Source: Lama glama
Taxonomy: Eukaryota
DNA: 64,000 bases
Direction: 5' to 3'
Assembly (NCBI GenBank): GCA_028534125.1
Contig: CM052817.1
Coordinates: forward strand, 16,990,001 to 17,054,000
Both the position numbers and the translations under genes were made by a program. Below are positions 52,201 to 62,779 of this stretch, piece by piece; positions within the stretch are counted from its first letter, which is position 1, and each line of letters starts with the position of its first letter. Under the pieces are notes generated by a model. That model made no database searches. It was given only the letters and a program-made list of their open reading frames with translations, and was not told the DNA's origin.

Positions 52201-55200
52201 ATAAGGCATTGAACTATTTGATACCATCACTGTTCTGATGAAGTAATAATTAATAACATGCTCCGTGCACTTTTTATGTGCCAGGCCCTATCCTCAGAGC
52301 TGTTCATGGACTAACTTATTTACTCACACAGCCCTGGTAGGTAGGGCTTTTTACAGATGAGGAAGGACCACAGGGGACACACTTCCTAGTCATTTTTTAG
52401 GAAGGTGGAATCACCCTCAGGTTACTCTGTTATTTTAACTAAGTCTAGTCAGAAAGAACATGTGAAGTTTAGTTGACTAATAAGCACATAATACTCTCCA
52501 AAGAAAAGGCTGTGTTTTTATACCTATTGGAAAGTACATTTTTCATTACTTTATAATTTCATTACTGGTTATACTGGTTTTTAACTATTGTAACACATCT
52601 GATTATATTTATTTCCAATTGGTTTAGAAATTAATCTGTTATTCTTCATTTAAAAAAAATTATGCCCAGATCTTACAAAGTTCAAATGAGGAAAACAGTT
52701 TTATTATTTAGAGATGCACACATAAGTGGTAAAAATAAACAAAAGCAAGGAAGTGACCATCACACAAACCAGGATCGGTGTTTCTCAGTAAGGAAGGAGG
52801 AACGCTGGACTGGGAAGGGGCGTGTGGGGAAATGTCTAGGGGCTGATGGTAATCTGTCTCTTGACCTGTTGGGTTCATCCATGTTCACTTTATAATACTC
52901 ATTAAACTGAATATATCTTTTTTAAGCATTTTTTATTGATTTATAATCATTTTACAATGTTGTGTCAAATTTCAATGTAGAGCACGATTTTTCAGTATAC
53001 ATTTTTTCTCTATGAGCTACCATAAGATCTTGTGTATATTTCCCTGTGCTATACAGTATAATCTTGTTCATCTATTCTACAATTTTGAAATCCCGTCTAT
53101 CCCTTGAATATATCTGTTTCATGCACTTCTCTAAGTATGTTTTATTTCACAGTTTTAAAGTTACCCAAATAGTAACCTGTAATCTCTATCCTTCTAAATT
53201 ACAATAAGTTCTCAAGTATGAATGTTACAAAGGATTATGCCAGATAGACACATACAAATTATGAATCATTAATTCTCTTGAAATTTTTCCTTCTTTATGC
53301 AAATTGTGTTCCTTGATCTGGAGTGGACTTTCAAGATCATTTAGCTAAATCCCCCAGTTTTAGCATTAAGGAAATTGGGGCCCATCAAGAAGAGATTTGG
53401 GTTGAGTGGAGAAATGCATAAATTAAAATCAAAGTATTTAATTGTAAAGCCCAGGAAAGTGAGAAATAAGGAATGAATAATTTACACAGATTTTTAATAA
53501 GACATTTTAATTTTTAATTGTGGAACTTGATTTTTAATGACAAATTAAACATACTTTAAAAATTGTTTTTGTAGGATGGCAGGAAATGGAACCATTGCTT
53601 TCTCTGCAAAAAGTGTGTGAAGCCTTGTAAGTATTTAAGCTTTAGTGTTTGAGATCTTACGGAAACATTTGTTTTTCTTCAGCTAAACAGGATTTTTATG
53701 TAACTATATTTATGAAAGAAAAAATTAATATAGAGACTTGCATTAATTTACTAGCTTTTTAATTTTTACAATTACCAAAACGTATGTGAGAGACATGACT
53801 GCTACCCTGTTGCAGTGTGGCATTTGGTTTGGTTTATTTTAACAGGGTTTAGTATCATTCAGCTGGTCCCCATTGTGTTGGTGGCTCTAAGCTCAGGACT
53901 CACTGAGGAAGGGCTGAATTTGTTGCCATGAATCAGAAAGAAGTTAGCTGGTTTACATGGGATTCCAACCTTATTACATTGGCCTCTTTGGCCAAATTAT
54001 AACTAGCTGTGCAAAGCTGTCACAGTATTTGAGGTAAACATTATTCATGCTTCCTTATCATAAAGGTTAATCAAATGAAAAATTATATTAAATGAACCTC
54101 TTCTAAAACCTAATTTTTATTTTACAGCTTGGATCCACTGTAACGTTTGCAATCACTGTGCTCTTCCAGATCATTCTTGCGGAGGTCCTAAAGACGGCTG
54201 CTTTATTTGTGGTGAATTAGATCATAAACGTAGTACTTGTCCTAACATCTCTACATCTAAGAAAGCTGACAAGTTAGTTGAATTTTTTTGTTTATTAGAA
54301 GAAACATTTTCCTTGTGTATTTGTACAGAGCAATCCAAAGAAGTATGCAATAATTGGAGGATTCAGGAGTGCTAAATTAATTGGTGCTTTCCCTATTATG
54401 TATTATTTGCATAGATGGGGGAGGGAGGATATGAAGATGAGTCAAAGACCTTAAAATTTTACAGAGAGGACATGAAGATAACCAAAATACAAGGTGGAAA
54501 GTGTCTAACTTCCTATATAATATGATTTATATAATACAGTTGTATAATTCGAAGCAAAGTTATACCAATGACAACAGCATACTTAGAAAAACCACTGCTG
54601 TTTTCAACTGGGCTAACTCGAATGATTGCACTTTTACCTTTTAAATTAATGGGATGATAGGTACTGTGTCCTCTTGTTTTACTCATGTGAAAACCAGGTA
54701 TCCAGGTTTAACATTGTATGAAAATTGAGATCAGGATGTAAGTTTTGAGCTATCATATGACTTGTGATGAAGAAAAAACATCTGTTAGTGTTAGGAGTGT
54801 CTGATGCTTTAGTAAATACTTACGATTGTGTTAGGATTCTTTTCCATTTATTTGTTTATTTTTGGTTTTTTTGGTCAGTGGAAATTATTTTTTCCATTAA
54901 AGCCCAGCCATTTGAATCCTGCCTACTATTTAAAACTGCCTTTTCCATTACTTTTTATCAGATTTACTTTAAATAATTATTTCCACTAAGTAATCCAGGG
55001 CAGAAGTGGAATTTTTAAAAATTAATTAAAGAGGTATATTAAAGACTTAGAAAATATTTTTCCTTATGAATCTTCAGGAATAGAATACAACCTAATAAAG
55101 TGTTGGTCTGGGTTTGTTGCACTATTTACAGTGTAATTCTGGTTGCAAAAAGGAGTTAGTAACATGCTTAGCCTTTGATTCTGTGATCTTATGACCCATG

Positions 55201-57438
55201 GAAACTGAATTTGCATTTTGGTAATATATTGTAGGCTCTTCATTGGTTGTTAAATAGCCCTGGCTAGTCTATTTGTTAGTAATACATTGTTTTCATTGAG
55301 GGAAATCAGCTAGTATCTTTTAGATTTTTTTCAAGTTTAATTCAAAGAGGAAACCCCTTCGGATGTGGTATACCTGATAATTCTTAAATAGCATTACTTT
55401 CTTCTCTCAGAGAAGACGCCTAAACTTCTGTTAACAGTTATCATTAGGTGTTGTTTTCAAAAAATTTTTTTAATGAAATGGACAAGGCAAATTTTTTCTT
55501 TATAATAGTAAAAAATAATTTTAATAGCTTTTTTTTTTTTAGCATATACAGTGTAAAAGAGCTTTTCATCTCAAGTGTTTTATAGTCTTACGATAATTTG
55601 TTTTTCTTTGGTATTAATTTTCCTTTGGTTGTGAACTGGAATGATGCTGGCTCCCTCTTGTGGCTAGAGCTCATTTTATCAGTTATACAAATACATATTC
55701 TTTAGAGGACAAATACTAGGTCAGTTTAATTTTAAGGCAAAATGAAACAATTGATTTACTCAGTTTATCACTGTTGAAGGACTTTAGCCATCAAGTGATT
55801 ATACTTCATTAAATTTGCTAAATAATCACTTACCAGGATATTCTCCTGCTTTTAAAAAATGGTTGGAGGGAAAGGAGATTTAAATAACATGCACAAAACA
55901 GTATAAAGGTGACTGTTTTGTTTTATTTTGAACTGATGGGATGCCCCAGACCATAGTGCAGAACCTTAAATATGGAAAAGTATAAAGTTGTCAGGCAAAA
56001 TTATGAATACTAGTCATGTGGAGCTGCTAATAATAGCTAGTAGTTATTTAATGATTACTATATGCTTAGCATTGTACATACGTGAATAATTCATAGTAGA
56101 GTACGTAGTATCAAGGGAATTAGAGCACAAGTCCCTGAATCAAGCTGGTTCTGCTTCCTCACTGGATGATTTCATAGCCTCAGTTTCTTAACCTAAAGAA
56201 AACTTGAGGGAAAGAAAGGGAAGGGTGACATCTGCTTTTCCAGCTCCCTGAAGTTAAAGATTGTACCCATTCATTTTTGCATTCCCAACACTCAACATAG
56301 ATGCTGAGTGAACAGAAAGTGAGGCCTGAGTTTGGTCCACTAGGAGATTATATCTTGGTTACGATGCTTCTTTCCCTGCTTTTGGTCCTGGGAAGATCAA
56401 GAAGAAGCTTTTCCTGAGGACCTGTGGTAGTTTAGGAGAAGTGAGTCTAATGGTTGATGTGGCTGGGCAGCCATGGGAGGTGTCCACGTTTGCCGTGCTG
56501 GCAGCCTGGCCCATCCCTTTGTTCGTGGTATGGTACATGGCATGATTCTGCTAGCTTGGAGAAAGTGAGTGAACAGACCAGTGATCTTTCTCAGCTGCAG
56601 ATTGCCTGTAAGTTCAGTGAGCACCAGCAGCAGAGGATCTGTTTTTTTTTCCTGGTGTGGTTTAGTGTTTTTTAGAGAGTGAGTTCAAGCTTGTTCATGT
56701 TGAAGCTAGTCTTCAAGAAGACAGAGACCACAAAACATGGACATTCTTTATGGCACCTGTCAGGACTTAGATCTCCTGAGGAAGGGAAAATTAGCTTTAG
56801 GACTGTAAGACGGGCCTCATTAAGTGTCGTCAGTCTTTCCCATCGTGTTATTTCATTTTTCTACCACTGCTAACTGCCGGTCTTTTTTCTGAAAAATGTA
56901 ATTCAGGGATTTGGAGGTTGAAGTGCTGCTGAGTTGAGCATTACAGATGTACCAAAACAAACAAACAAACAAACAAAAACCCAAAAAACTATCAACAACA
57001 GAAAACCTCCTAACTCACTGACTTGACTATTTACCTCTGTGGTGTATTTGTCCTGAATAGATTGTTCTAAATTTGTAGTAGCCATCTGTCAAAGGAATTT
57101 CTTTTCCCAAACATTTTGCTTGGTCAGGCCTCTATCTCCTTGTTATTATGGTTAGGATTCTGAGGATTTATGCGTATAATACAGTACATTCTTTCCGTTC
57201 TGTTTTTTTTTTAAATTTGGTTAGCTAGTTAATTAAACTTCAACATAATTACATAATTCACTGTGCTCATTCTACAAAATAATTTAGCACCTTGTTTTTC
57301 AGAGCTGTCAGAAAGCAGAAGCAAAGAAAAAGCAATAAGATGAAAATGGAGACCACTAAAGGACAGTCCATGAATCATACATCTGTTACAAGGAGGAAGA
57401 AAAGGAGAGAAAGAGCCCATCAATATCTTTGCTCTTAA
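16017..57438 (+). CDS. ZCCHC4: ZCCHC4 rRNA N6-adenosine methyltransferase, full gene span (13 coding exons, 513 aa)
   Basis: Exon lengths 127+119+83+276+81+73+151+101+122+76+52+145+136 = 1542 nt, open frame, all GT-AG; GRF zinc finger, DPPF at aa 276-279, Cys-rich region, CCHC knuckle. Confidence 0.97.
16882..17000 (+). CDS. ZCCHC4: ZCCHC4 exon 2 (GRF-type zinc finger)
   Basis: tag|[47 protein letters not shown]|gtatgt. Confidence 0.96.
17400..17597 (-). mobile_element. 5'-truncated L1 3' end with target-site duplication
   Basis: Poly-T then aattgaagtatagttggtttacaat...tacaagatattgaatatagttccctgtgctata; flanked by tgcattg(g/a)acatccttt at 17383-17399 and 17598-17614. Confidence 0.85.
18026..18108 (+). 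CDS. ZCCHC4: ZCCHC4 exon 3
   Basis: ctctttcag|[33 protein letters not shown]|gtactg. Confidence 0.94.
18170..19260 (-). mobile_element. L1M (L1MA/MB-type) 3' fragment
   Basis: Minus-strand ORF 18741-19007 resembles the L1 ORF2 C-terminus ([12 protein letters not shown]...[19 protein letters not shown]...[12 protein letters not shown]). Confidence 0.9.
20770..22735 (+). mobile_element. L1 5' UTR plus degraded ORF1 (stop 22673-22675)
   Basis: Starts caagatggtggag; ORF1p-like peptides [28 protein letters not shown]...[17 protein letters not shown] and RHIVIK...[35 protein letters not shown]; frameshifted. Confidence 0.92.
21463..21543 (+). mobile_element. Short young L1 3' tail nested in the L1 5' UTR
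   Basis: AATAAA plus A tail; perfect TSD tacagggtggg at 21452-21462 and 21544-21554. Confidence 0.85.
22736..23250 (-). mobile_element. Inverted L1 ORF2 / 3' fragments
   Basis: Minus ORF 22626-22910 contains [21 protein letters not shown]...[29 protein letters not shown] (L1 ORF2p); second minus-strand L1 piece at about 23075-23250. Confidence 0.85.
23370..23897 (+). mobile_element. L1MC-like 3' end
   Basis: gaaagaagccagtctgaaaaggctaca...gagtgaactctaatgtaaactatggactt...gaacctgaaactgctctaaaagAATAAA plus A tail. Confidence 0.85.
27400..30370 (-). mobile_element. Old L1M ORF2/3' region, interrupted by an LTR
   Basis: Continuous antisense L1 motifs (ttttgatttgcatttccttgatggcta...; gtcttgattactg...tatagtaagt...gaaatcaggtagtg). 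Confidence 0.85.
28622..29118 (-). mobile_element. MLT1C-like solo LTR nested in L1
   Basis: TG...CA ends; ctcttacagttctggagg, cccttgtgattacattgggccca motifs; 5-bp TSD gcccc/gcacc (28617-28621, 29119-29123). Confidence 0.85.
30530..31080 (-). mobile_element. Old L1M 5' end remnant
   Basis: ggtaaatctggtctctgttgctgtctcatggctgga is the antisense of the old-L1M 5' start; collinear with the adjacent antisense L1. Confidence 0.55.
32345..32620 (+). CDS. ZCCHC4: ZCCHC4 exon 4
   Basis: tcttgcag|[22 protein letters not shown]...KKTNAQYLF...[12 protein letters not shown]|gtatgt. Confidence 0.96.
33066..33146 (+). CDS. ZCCHC4: ZCCHC4 exon 5
   Basis: ctttag|[30 protein letters not shown]|gtaggt. Confidence 0.95.
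35295..36620 (-). mobile_element. L1MB-like fragment
   Basis: tttaacttcttgaggaactgccaaactgttttccaaag..., tagtaagttttgaaattgggaaatgtgagtc. Confidence 0.85.
36482..36590 (-). mobile_element. tRNA-Ala-derived SINE copy 2 (internally deleted), nested in L1
   Basis: Perfect 17-bp TSD tcttaattttattttgt (36465-36481, 36591-36607); about 20 nt covering part of the B box is missing. Confidence 0.88.
38290..38420 (+). mobile_element. CR1/L3 LINE fragment
   Basis: agaacaagaagaaatggatttagatta...gttggttggacataa resembles the L3 3' region. Confidence 0.55.
38465..38690 (-). mobile_element. MIR SINE
   Basis: ttttgtagatgaagaaactgaggctcagacaggttaaataactt core. Confidence 0.85.
39675..39798 (-). mobile_element. 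tRNA-Ala-derived SINE copy 3
   Basis: Full tRNA-like head plus AAACCTAATTACC tail; TSD ctgccttatt (39665-39674, 39799-39808). Confidence 0.9.
39976..40048 (+). CDS. ZCCHC4: ZCCHC4 exon 6
   Basis: ttttacag|[28 protein letters not shown]|gtaaga. Confidence 0.96.
40650..40866 (+). mobile_element. L1M 3' end fragment
   Basis: caagagtgaacccc...ctctggtgggggatgttgata...taaaactgctctaaaaaaa. Confidence 0.8.
41584..41650 (+). mobile_element. Very short L1 3' tail inserted in an L2 remnant
   Basis: atcactgtgtgtacacctgacactaata...caatttAAAAAAAA; near-TSD aaaaaga(t/c)ttgg at 41572-41583 and 41649-41660. Confidence 0.65.
43901..44051 (+). CDS. ZCCHC4: ZCCHC4 exon 7 (DPPF catalytic motif 43967-43978)
   Basis: tttgttccag|[56 protein letters not shown]|gtgtat. 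Confidence 0.96.
45331..45456 (-). mobile_element. tRNA-Ala-derived SINE copy 4
   Basis: Reverse complement GGAGGGTATAGCTCAGTGGTAGAGCACATGCTTAGCATGTACAAGGTCCTGGGTTCAATCCCCAGTACCTCCA plus (TAAA)n tail; near-TSD ta(c/a)tatctttt. Confidence 0.9.
45745..45845 (+). CDS. ZCCHC4: ZCCHC4 exon 8
   Basis: ccattag|[38 protein letters not shown]|gtatag. Confidence 0.94.
49405..50000 (-). mobile_element. CR1/L3 LINE fragment
   Basis: catagaatttt...ccagcctcacttgaatgcttt...agctctaatcgttagaaaattttctc...aacttctaaccattgg antisense L3 motifs. Confidence 0.7.
50319..50496. mobile_element. MER5A hAT-Charlie DNA transposon
   Basis: cagtggtgctcaaactt...gctgggcccca...aatttgcatttccaacaagatcccaggtaatgct...ccacactgtgagaa; a weaker copy lies at about 45992-46160. 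Confidence 0.85.
51409..51530 (+). CDS. ZCCHC4: ZCCHC4 exon 9
   Basis: ctttctag|[46 protein letters not shown]|gtaaga. Confidence 0.96.
51783..51858 (+). CDS. ZCCHC4: ZCCHC4 exon 10
   Basis: tctccttag|[29 protein letters not shown]|gtatag. Confidence 0.95.
52919..53104 (-). mobile_element. Young 5'-truncated L1 3' end with TSD
   Basis: Perfect TSD tgaatatatct (52908-52918, 53105-53115); same 3' terminus as the element at 21463-21543. Confidence 0.88.
53575..53626 (+). CDS. ZCCHC4: ZCCHC4 exon 11
   Basis: tttttgtag|[23 protein letters not shown]|gtaagt. Confidence 0.95.
54128..54272 (+). CDS. ZCCHC4: ZCCHC4 exon 12 (CCHC knuckle 54199-54240)
   Basis: tttacag|[52 protein letters not shown]|gttagt. 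Confidence 0.94.
55648..55666 (-). promoter_or_regulatory. Candidate CTCF binding site in ZCCHC4 intron 12
   Basis: Reverse complement TAGCCACAAGAGGGAGCCA, close to the CTCF core CCASYAGRKGGCRS. Confidence 0.45.
57303..57438 (+). CDS. ZCCHC4: ZCCHC4 exon 13 (coding part, basic C-terminal tail)
   Basis: gtttttcag|[45 protein letters not shown] (TAA 57436-57438). Confidence 0.93.
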
Positions 57439-59590
57439 ATGTCCAGTGACTTGAGAATAAGAAAGATTTACAGTCCAACCTTTGATGCCATTTTCTGAAA
57501 GTGCCACGCCGGACTTAAATTCTGTAGCTTTCAAAGGTATGCACCTTTCTAAGCTTGAGAACAGGCAAGTGGCATTTGCTGGTTTATAGACCCCCCCAGC
57601 AGCCCCTCGGGAGACCTGGGGACCTGTTCCATCCTTAGCTAGTTTACTAGCTCTCTCTGCTTTTCTTCTCTTTAAATCTCTTCCAGTTGTATTGTTTTAG
57701 CCTCTTTTATATGAAGAATGGGCATAGAATATTCTTTTGCAGAAAGAAAGAAGAAAATGAAGATGAAAACCTAAAGCTTTGTTTATATTGAACAGAGGAG
57801 TAGGTTAAGTTAGATATTTTAAATTAAATATTAAAATACTGTAAAATAGCTTAAGCCCCACTTGTAAAGAGAAATATAATTTTTTAGACAGAATCTGAAG
57901 ATGATGGAAAGAATTTTGACAAAGGAGTCTAAAGATATAAAGATTATGATTATATTATTATTAAATATTTATTTTTCAAATACTTTTTGCAGTTGTCCTT
58001 TGATGGTATAGAATCACCTAAATGTTTGTTGAATGACTGAGGTGTTTAGAATTATGACCTGCTCTGACATCTCAGTGTCTTTTAAGCTAGGCAGTGCTTT
58101 TCTCTCTTTGTAAAAGTGGTAGCAGGAGGCAGGATACTTTGGTGATTGGGACTCTTCACTCTAATTTTCACACTTCCTGGTTGTATGTCCTTGGCCAGGT
58201 CATTCACTCTCTAGAAGCCCCTAACTCTTCATTATTATAATGGGGACAATAATATTCACACTTGGGTTTGTTTTGTGGTTAAATTAAATGGGGCGCATGT
58301 GTCTGGCTCTCAGTTCTCCTGTTACTGGTGAGAAGTGAATCAGATGTCCACGGAGCACTGGTGTTAATCACCGGTCCCTGGGTGGTCCAGGATCATGGTG
58401 CTGAAGGGAGTAGTTTGGACAAACAGCTCATCTCCCCATTTCTCTGCTAGGTATCTGACATTATCTGCTTAAGCTTGAATAAAGTCTTGAATGGCTTGCA
58501 TTTGCATAGTAACTTTTCTCCTTTTCCTCTGAACACCTGTTTGAGAGCAGGTTTGGAGGCATCTCTCCTTGGGCTTACCCAGAGCCCTGTGAATAAAGGT
58601 AGAAGAACTGCCTCCATCTGGTATTGAAATTCCATCTGGTATTTTATGTTAGGGTGGTTTGATGCCTGATGTGGAATACTCAAATGTGGCTCTGGTAGAT
58701 CAGGTGACATCAAAAGATGAGCTAAGCTTCTAGACTTAACAAGTCTCACAAAACTCTTCTCTTGCCCCTCTTTTAACATGGGTTGCTATAGGAGGGGCAG
58801 ATTTCCAGGTACATGGATGAGGTATGAACTTTGTAGAATCGTTGTGAGATTCCCCTCTCTGATTGAGGCATACACATGGACATTCCCTGACTATCATGAT
58901 GTCCATGATATTGTGGTAAAATCTGTTGAAATCTCCCAGAAACTCAGACACTTGGGGGACCATGACTGCTGAAGAATTGAGTTCTGATGGCCAGTGGTCA
59001 TTATCATCACCATATTTTCTTAGTTTTAAGATACCTTCAGTTGTAGAACACACTACCAATGTAATCATAGCTTTTGGGGAACAAACACCTCTATCTCATT
59101 AATGTACATATTAAATTTTAGATGTATCTTATTTCAGAAATACTGAAATGTGAAAAAAAGTCCATCTTAGAATTGAGCATATAGGGTGTTACTTATAATC
59201 AGGAATTCTGTACTTTAAAACTTTCTTACTTTCTTAGAGAGTTAAAATAGGAAATTTGGTGGTTCTGATCTTGTGTTCAATTAATACTAATTTTAAGGAT
59301 TTAACCTCTTTCTTTTCTCAGAGAATAAAGTAGTAGAATGTAAAACTGTCTCTGGAAGGTATACAGTGTGATGGGACAAGAGGTCATGTGTTCTAATCAG
59401 AAATCGACATATCTGAACATTAAGATACCTAGTCGAAACAGCAATAGAAGAAAATCCCTGAAATTTGACAGATAAAACTTTCCGAACTTTTTTAAAGGAC
59501 ATTTTTCTTAAATAACTACAACTAAATTTCATCCTACTTCTTGCTTATGTTACAAAATGTAATAAAATACAAAGTTACTTTGTAGGCCTT
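57439..59590 (+). other. ZCCHC4: ZCCHC4 3' UTR region (end uncertain)
   Basis: Candidate signals: ATTAAA near 57823-57835; AATAAA near 58478, 58592, 59323 and TGTA-AATAAA at 59558-59566. The site used cannot be determined from sequence. Confidence 0.4.
58950..59190. mobile_element. Kanga/MER104-like Tc2 DNA transposon end
   Basis: atttcagaaatactgaaatgtgaaaaaaagtccatcttagaattga; a related terminus occurs at about 25790-25850. Confidence 0.5.
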
Positions 59591-60002
59591 GAATGATCAG
59601 ATTTTTTTTTTCCTACATTTAGTCTGAAATTTAGACTAATCTATTTCTCCAGTATTCCCCTATCTTTCATCCCATTCTCTTCTTTTTGTTTGGAATATTT
59701 CCCTCCATATGGCCATCATTAAAGTCTTAAGGAACCTTCAGGCTGTGGCCCAAGCCCCACTCTCTTCTGGGAAGTTCCACATGAGTCCTTGATACCAGCC
59801 AGCACCTTCCTCTCTGCACCACATTTGAGGCACTTTTCATGTATTGTTCTGTGATTACATTTACAGATTCTGTTTCTCCAAAAGGTTTCAGCTTCTTACT
59901 GTCAGTACCCACTTCGTATTTTATGTCTCTCTTCTGTATTATAGGTGCTCATTAAAAACTTCATGAAAGCGTGAAATTTTCTAGAGATTTTCAGACAGTA
60001 GA

Positions 60003-60377
60003 TGTATTTGTTTCTAGGGCTGCCATAACAAAAAATCACAGACAGGGTGGTGAAAACAACAGTTTATTTTCTCACAGTTCTGGAGGCTGGAGGTCCAAGA
60101 TCCATGTGTTGGCACGTTTGGTTCTTGTGAGTCCTCTCTCCTTAACATGCAGATGGCTGCCTTCCCAGGGTGTCCTCACACGGTCTCTCTTCCATGTATG
60201 TCCAAATTTCCTCTTACAATGATACTAGTCACATTGGATTAGGGCCCGCCCTAATGGCCTCCTTTTACCTTTGTCTCCTTTTAAAAGACCCTGTCTCTAA
60301 ATACAGTCCCATTCTGAGGTACGGGGGGTTATGGCTTCAGCATATGGATTTGGGGAGAAACAGTTCAGTCCCTAACA
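60003..60377 (-). mobile_element. MLT1A-like solo LTR
   Basis: TG...CA ends, agggctgccataacaaa, ttctcacagttctggaggctgg; TSD gtaga/gtagg. Confidence 0.88.
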
Positions 60378-60667
60378 GTAGGCATGCCCAAGATATGGAG
60401 AGGACTTGCTCTTCTCTCTTTCTCAGAAGGACTGGAAGAAAACAAACAATATTGGGAGGAGCTCAGAGCCAATAGGAGGGCAATCCCAACACTGAGGGTT
60501 TAAATGTTGGGATGTGTGGTGTGAGCAAGATTGGCAGCCTTATCTGGAGGCTTCTAAACTTAGAATAATTCAGCTTTCAAGGTTACTTTAAGAAAAACAC
60601 AAAAGTTGCTTTCTGCCCCCTTCAAAACAATCTATAAAATACTAGGCATCTGGGAGAAGTCTGACTG

Positions 60668-60988
60668 TAGGCAGACCTCAAAGAGATTGTGGATCTGGTT
60701 CCAGACTACTGCAGTAAAGCTAATATCTCAGTGAAGGCCATTGCATGAAGTTTTTGGTTTTCCAGTGCATATAAAAGTTATGTTTATACTGCACTGTAGT
60801 CTGTTATGTATGTTATGTATGTTATGTATGTAGCCGTAGCATTGTCTTAAAAAAAACCCACACACCTGAATTAAGAAGTACTTTGTTGCTAAAAGATGCT
60901 AACCGTCACCTGGTAACACAGTGTTGTCCCAAACCTTCAGTTTGTAAAACACAGTGTCTGTGAAGCACGATTAAACAAGGTGCGCCTA
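60668..60988. mobile_element. Tigger1-derived internally deleted element
   Basis: aggcagacctcaaagagattgtgg...ggttccagact...ccagtgcatataaaagttatgttta; end aaacaaggtgcgccta; contains (tgttatgta)x3 at 60802-60828. Confidence 0.85.
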
Positions 60989-62641
60989 TCGTTTTAAAAT
61001 ATAAAATCAGTCTATAAAAGGTCTGGTCTGATGCCACCTCCTGCACGATGTCCTTGTCGGTGTCCCCAGTGGAATAGTACATCTCCTGCCAGTGAAATAA
61101 AAATAGGCATGTGTTTGTGTGTCTTTCTATTTCAGTTTCTTTTCAGGTACTTAGATCAAGCCCTGTGTTAGAACTTCTTGTGCTTGTTTCCCTGTGTAGA
61201 TTAGAAGCTCGCCGATCGCAGGGGGCTGTGGATGGACATCCCTGTGAGCGTCCACTGGCTCCCAGGCTGTGTCTTGCCCACGGTGATACCAGGGTCGACC
61301 CGCTGCAGTACTCATGGCCCCATCCCTCCTCCCACCACCCTGGGAAGCAGGTGCCGGGTCTAACTCCGTTCTCCACCCTCCAGGTAGAAGCTGCTCATAA
61401 ATACAGATGGAGTGATTAGAAATGGCCATTTAGGCCTCCAGACCCAACTGTGCTACCTGATAGTAAGATGCTGACACACGTACAGCTGCCTAAGGAAGGA
61501 AAGCTCAAATAGAAGGCAAAGGAAAATCCATCTTGACTGCTTTGATTTTAATTGGAACATTAGGACATGGGTTACGTTACTTGAGGGTCAGTCAGGTCAT
61601 CACTGCAATGAAGTGAACATAAGACCCCTACTATTTGATTTCAGGAGATTTAGTATAAATGTTAACTCAGCAAGACTGAGGGCAAAAAGCACCAAAAGTG
61701 AACAAGCAGATCTCAGGGATCTGAGGGGTGAGTTTTATCCCATTAGCTGGACAGTCACAGACTCTCCTACTGTTGTGTTGTTTGATGCCCCTGCAGACTG
61801 GAAGTGTGACATTGGTGGTCTCTAAGAAACTCAGCCTGAATAGACAAGGCCAGTTTCTTCATCTGCAAATGTGGAGGAGAGGAGTGGGAGAAAACTAGAG
61901 ATAGCCTAAATATTCTGCATGCTTACAGAGGACAAAAGTAAACAAAAGTTACTGCCTATTAACTTTACAATTAGTACGCAGGCTAGGTGAAATCACAGAA
62001 AATGAAAAGTTACTCTTAACACCACCACTCAGGTAACCACTGTCACAGCTGACATGTAGGTTCTTCCAAAGGTAGATTCTTGTATAAATGGCTAGACAGT
62101 CTGAAATTTCCCCCACAAAAATGGAATTCTAAAAACATCCTGTTTTGTAATCCTCTCTCATAAACATGTCATGAACATCAATTTATACCTAAAACCATAG
62201 TAGTATTCTTCAGGATGTACTGTATTTAATCAGTCAGCCTCCTATGGTTGGACAATTAAGTTTTGTTCACTATTGTAAATGAGTCTATGATAAACATACT
62301 TAGAACCAAATCTGATTTCCTTAGGATGAATTCCTATACATATAAATACTAGTTCTGTAGCTCTTAGTAGAACTTTTTTCCTTCCCAGATAGGAATCACA
62401 TGAGTTGGTCTCTGAACAGCAACAGAAGTGATCACGGGAGACAAGCAAAACACGAACTGATACAGTTGAGACCCATATCTCCCAAATGTACTTCGTACCT
62501 AAAACTACCCTTTGAGTAGTAATGATTGATTGCCGTATTGAATATTATTGATGGCTTGCTTCGCCACCATCATTTCCAACCTCTCCTTTGTGTGTCTGCT
62601 GTGGGATTTGGGGGAGAGTAGGCTGACATCCTCTCCTGTTC

Positions 62642-62730
62642 TTTTTTCTTTTTCTTTAACTGGAGGTACTGGGGATTGAACCCAGCGCCTCATGCATGCT
62701 AAGCATGTGCTCTACCCCTGAGCTATACCC
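62642..62730 (-). mobile_element. tRNA-Ala-derived SINE copy 5 (short tail)
   Basis: Reverse complement GGGTATAGCTCAGGGGTAGAGCACATGCTTAGCATGCATGAGGCGCTGGGTTCAATCCCCAGTACCTCCA followed directly by an A-rich tail. Confidence 0.85.
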
Positions 62731-62779
62731 AAGTCTCCCTCTCTGCTCTTAGGGAGGACTTTTTATGGGGCATAATTCC

